NCBI GenBank assembly: GCA_965224245.1
Contig: OZ245046.1
Location: forward strand, 128,001-192,000
Length of the DNA: 64,000 nucleotides
Direction: 5' to 3'
DNA from: Candidatus Eiseniibacteriota bacterium
Lineage (GTDB): Bacteria > Eisenbacteria > RBG-16-71-46 > CAZAMP01
Shown piece by piece: positions 61,750 through 64,000 of this stretch. A program made the position numbers and the translations under genes. How positions within the stretch are numbered: position 1 is the stretch's first letter; every line of letters starts with the position of its first letter. The notes below the pieces were generated by a model. That model was not told the DNA's origin, ran no database searches, and saw only the letters and a list, made by a program, of their open reading frames with translations.

Positions 61750-64000
61750 TCGGGATGTGGAGACTCGCGGCCGGTGCCGTGCTCCTCGCGACCTCCGCCA
61801 TGGCCGCGGAGACGGATCTGACGGCGCCCGAGCTCGACACACGGCTGGATCGGATCTGGACGATGATCCGGGACGAGCGAGCGTTCGCGGTCGCCGATTC
61901 CGTAGCGCTCGAGCTCCTGGCCGACGTGGAGACGTCGTTCGGGCACGAGTCCGTTTCCGTGGCGCGTGTGCTGGACCCGCTCGTGATCGCCCGACTCGGG
62001 CAGCGCGCGGTCGACGCGGAGTGCCTGAGCCTGGCCGAGCGGGCGGTCCGCATCAAGGAGCGGGACCCGGTTCCGGAGGAGCCCGAGCTGGCGACGAGTC
62101 TACTCGGTCTGGGCCGGGTGCTGCAGGTGCTGGAGCGATCCGGGGAGGCTCGTACGCCTCTGGAACGCGCTCTCGAGATCCGGCGGAGCCGGTTCGGCGC
62201 TGCATCCGCCGAGGTCGCGGACGTGCTCACACAGCTCGCGCAGGTCTACATCGATCTCGATCTCGAGCCGGAGGCCGCCAGCATGCTCCAGGAGACGCTC
62301 GCGATCTACGACGCGTCCCCGGACACCGACGTTCGCACGGTCAGTCCACTGCTATACAACCTCGCATGGCTCCGCCGCGCGCTCGGTCAGTTTCGAGCCG
62401 CCGAAGAGCTATACCAGAGGTTGCTCGACATCACGCCCGAGTCGGTGATGCTCGTTCGCGCGTCTGTCTTCAACGGCCTGGGAGCGCTCCATCACGAGGA
62501 GGGCCGGTACGCCGAGTCCCTGGCCGAGCTGGAGCACGCGCTCGCTGTCGCACGGGAGGCCGGGGCCCACCCGGTCCTGATGACACACATTCTCAACAAT
62601 CTCGGGTTCGTCTTGTCGAACCTCGGAGACCATGCAGAGGCCGTCACGCGCTACGACGAGGCGCTGTCGCTGCAGCGGGAGCTTCACGGCGACGAGCACA
62701 CCATGACCGCCACCATGCTCGCAAATCTCGCCGAGACGCACCTGGCCCTGGGACACGTGGACGAGGCCCGTGAGCTGCACGAGCAAGCGCTCGGCATCCG
62801 GGAGCGCATTCTCGGCCCGGACCACGCCGAGACGGCGACGAGCCTCGGCGGACTCGCCGAGGTCTATCTCGAGATGGACCGGCCCGATGACGCTCGGCGG
62901 CTGCTGGAACGCGCGCTCGCGATCCGCACACGTCATCTCGGTCCCGATCACTTCGACACCGGCAAGGCCGTGGCCCGATTGGCCCGGTCACTCGCGGCGT
63001 CGGACAGCCTGGACGCGGCCGAGCGATCGTATCGCCGGGCGCTGGACGTGATCGCGGCCACGCTGGATCGGGGCAACCCGGAATGGTCCGAGGTCAGTCT
63101 CGGGCTCGCCGAGGTCGAGCTGTCTCGTGGCGCGTTCACGGAGGCCTGGACGCTGGCGCGCGAGGCCGAGACGCGATCCCGCGAGCACGCGAGGCTCACG
63201 GCGGCCGCGCTGTCGGAGCGCCAGGCGCTGCAGTACGCCTCGATCCGCAAGGAGGCGCTGGATCTCATCTTGACCCTCGTGGTGTCCGGGCATCGGAGCG
63301 ATGCACTGGAGGCCTGGGACCACGTGATTCGTTCCCGGGCCCTGGTCCTGAACGAGGTCGTGCTGCGTCGCGAGCGGCTGCACGCCGAAGCCGACACGTC
63401 GGTGACGCGGCTCATGGCCCGCTACGCGGATGCGAGCACCGCGCTCGCCACGCTGATGGTCCGGGGACCGGATGCCTCCGACCCGGGCTCGTTCCGCGAC
63501 CGGCTCCGGGAGGCGCGTGCCGACCGCGAACAGGCCGAGCGGGCCCTTGCGCTCCGCAGCTCGGCATTTCGCGATCGTCTGGCCACCGCCCGGCGCGGCG
63601 CCAATCAGGTGCTCGCGGCCCGGCCCGAGGGCTCGGCGGTTCTCGCGTACGTCCGCTACGAGCGATCCGGTCCGGGTCCCGGCGCGGCCTACGCGGCCTT
63701 CGTGACCGGGAAGGGCGCGGCCGCTCCCGTCGTGGTGGATCTCGGGAGCGCCGAGTCGATCGACGCCCTCGTCGCGGACTGGAGAGCGGAGGTGGTTCTC
63801 CCGTCGCCGGCCGATCTGGATCGGGCGACCCGACGGTATCGAGACGTGGGGAGGCGGCTGCGCGAGGCGATCTGGGATCCGGTCGTCCCCGCGCTCGAGG
63901 ATGCACGGACCGTCTTCGTGGTACCCGATGGTGAGCTGCATCGCGTCAGCGCCTACACGCTGCCGGACGAAGGCGGCTACCTGGTCGAGTCGGGAATCCG
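61746..64000 (+). CDS. Signal-peptide TPR repeat + CHAT (caspase-like protease) protein, partial
   Basis: Manual translation: MIGMWRLAAGAVLLATSAMA, kinesin-light-chain-type TPRs (ALGIRERILGPDH.ETA), then LREAIWDPVVPALEDARTVFVVPDGELHRV...LP...GYLVE, typical of the CHAT N-terminus. ATGA overlap with the kinase stop. Confidence 0.85.
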   Translation, partial: MIGMWRLAAGAVLLATSAMAAETDLTAPELDTRLDRIWTMIRDERAFAVADSVALELLADVETSFGHESVSVARVLDPLVIARLGQRAVDAECLSLAERAVRIKERDPVPEEPELATSLLGLGRVLQVLERSGEARTPLERALEIRRSRFGAASAEVADVLTQLAQVYIDLDLEPEAASMLQETLAIYDASPDTDVRTVSPLLYNLAWLRRALGQFRAAEELYQRLLDITPESVMLVRASVFNGLGALHHEEGRYAESLAELEHALAVAREAGAHPVLMTHILNNLGFVLSNLGDHAEAVTRYDEALSLQRELHGDEHTMTATMLANLAETHLALGHVDEARELHEQALGIRERILGPDHAETATSLGGLAEVYLEMDRPDDARRLLERALAIRTRHLGPDHFDTGKAVARLARSLAASDSLDAAERSYRRALDVIAATLDRGNPEWSEVSLGLAEVELSRGAFTEAWTLAREAETRSREHARLTAAALSERQALQYASIRKEALDLILTLVVSGHRSDALEAWDHVIRSRALVLNEVVLRRERLHAEADTSVTRLMARYADASTALATLMVRGPDASDPGSFRDRLREARADREQAERALALRSSAFRDRLATARRGANQVLAARPEGSAVLAYVRYERSGPGPGAAYAAFVTGKGAAAPVVVDLGSAESIDALVADWRAEVVLPSPADLDRATRRYRDVGRRLREAIWDPVVPALEDARTVFVVPDGELHRVSAYTLPDEGGYLVESGI

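Noticed and set aside
61746-64000. CRISPR-associated Craspase (Csx29)
   Set aside because: No Cas7-11 or CRISPR array in the window, and the protein appears to be exported.

Overview
High-GC bacterial DNA, probably from an uncultured FCB-superphylum lineage such as Eisenbacteria, Krumholzibacteriota or Latescibacterota. This is inferred only from protein architecture. The window is an accessory region rich in secretome and signalling genes. It holds eight intact secreted proteins and two orphan fragments ending in a FlgD-Ig/T9SS-type C-terminal domain, and two proteins ending in a short SW(G/A)x(I/V)KxxY tail. It has six Hanks-type Ser/Thr kinases, two of them translationally coupled to ECF sigma factors. 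Other genes include fur-katG, a Mg2+ transport cluster, a secreted phospholipase D, two serine hydrolases, two GNATs, an SDR and a methyltransferase. The best candidate for an undescribed system is at the right edge: an ECF sigma, a transmembrane kinase with an extracytoplasmic DUF4384-like domain, and a signal-peptide TPR-CHAT caspase-like protease. Notable non-coding signals are a ~190-bp intergenic direct repeat (about 85% identical over its core, possibly structured), a Xer/dif-like AT-rich site at a gene-fragment breakpoint, and two perfect palindromes. I saw no rRNA, tRNA, CRISPR array or intact transposase. All family calls come from motif recognition by eye, not database searches.
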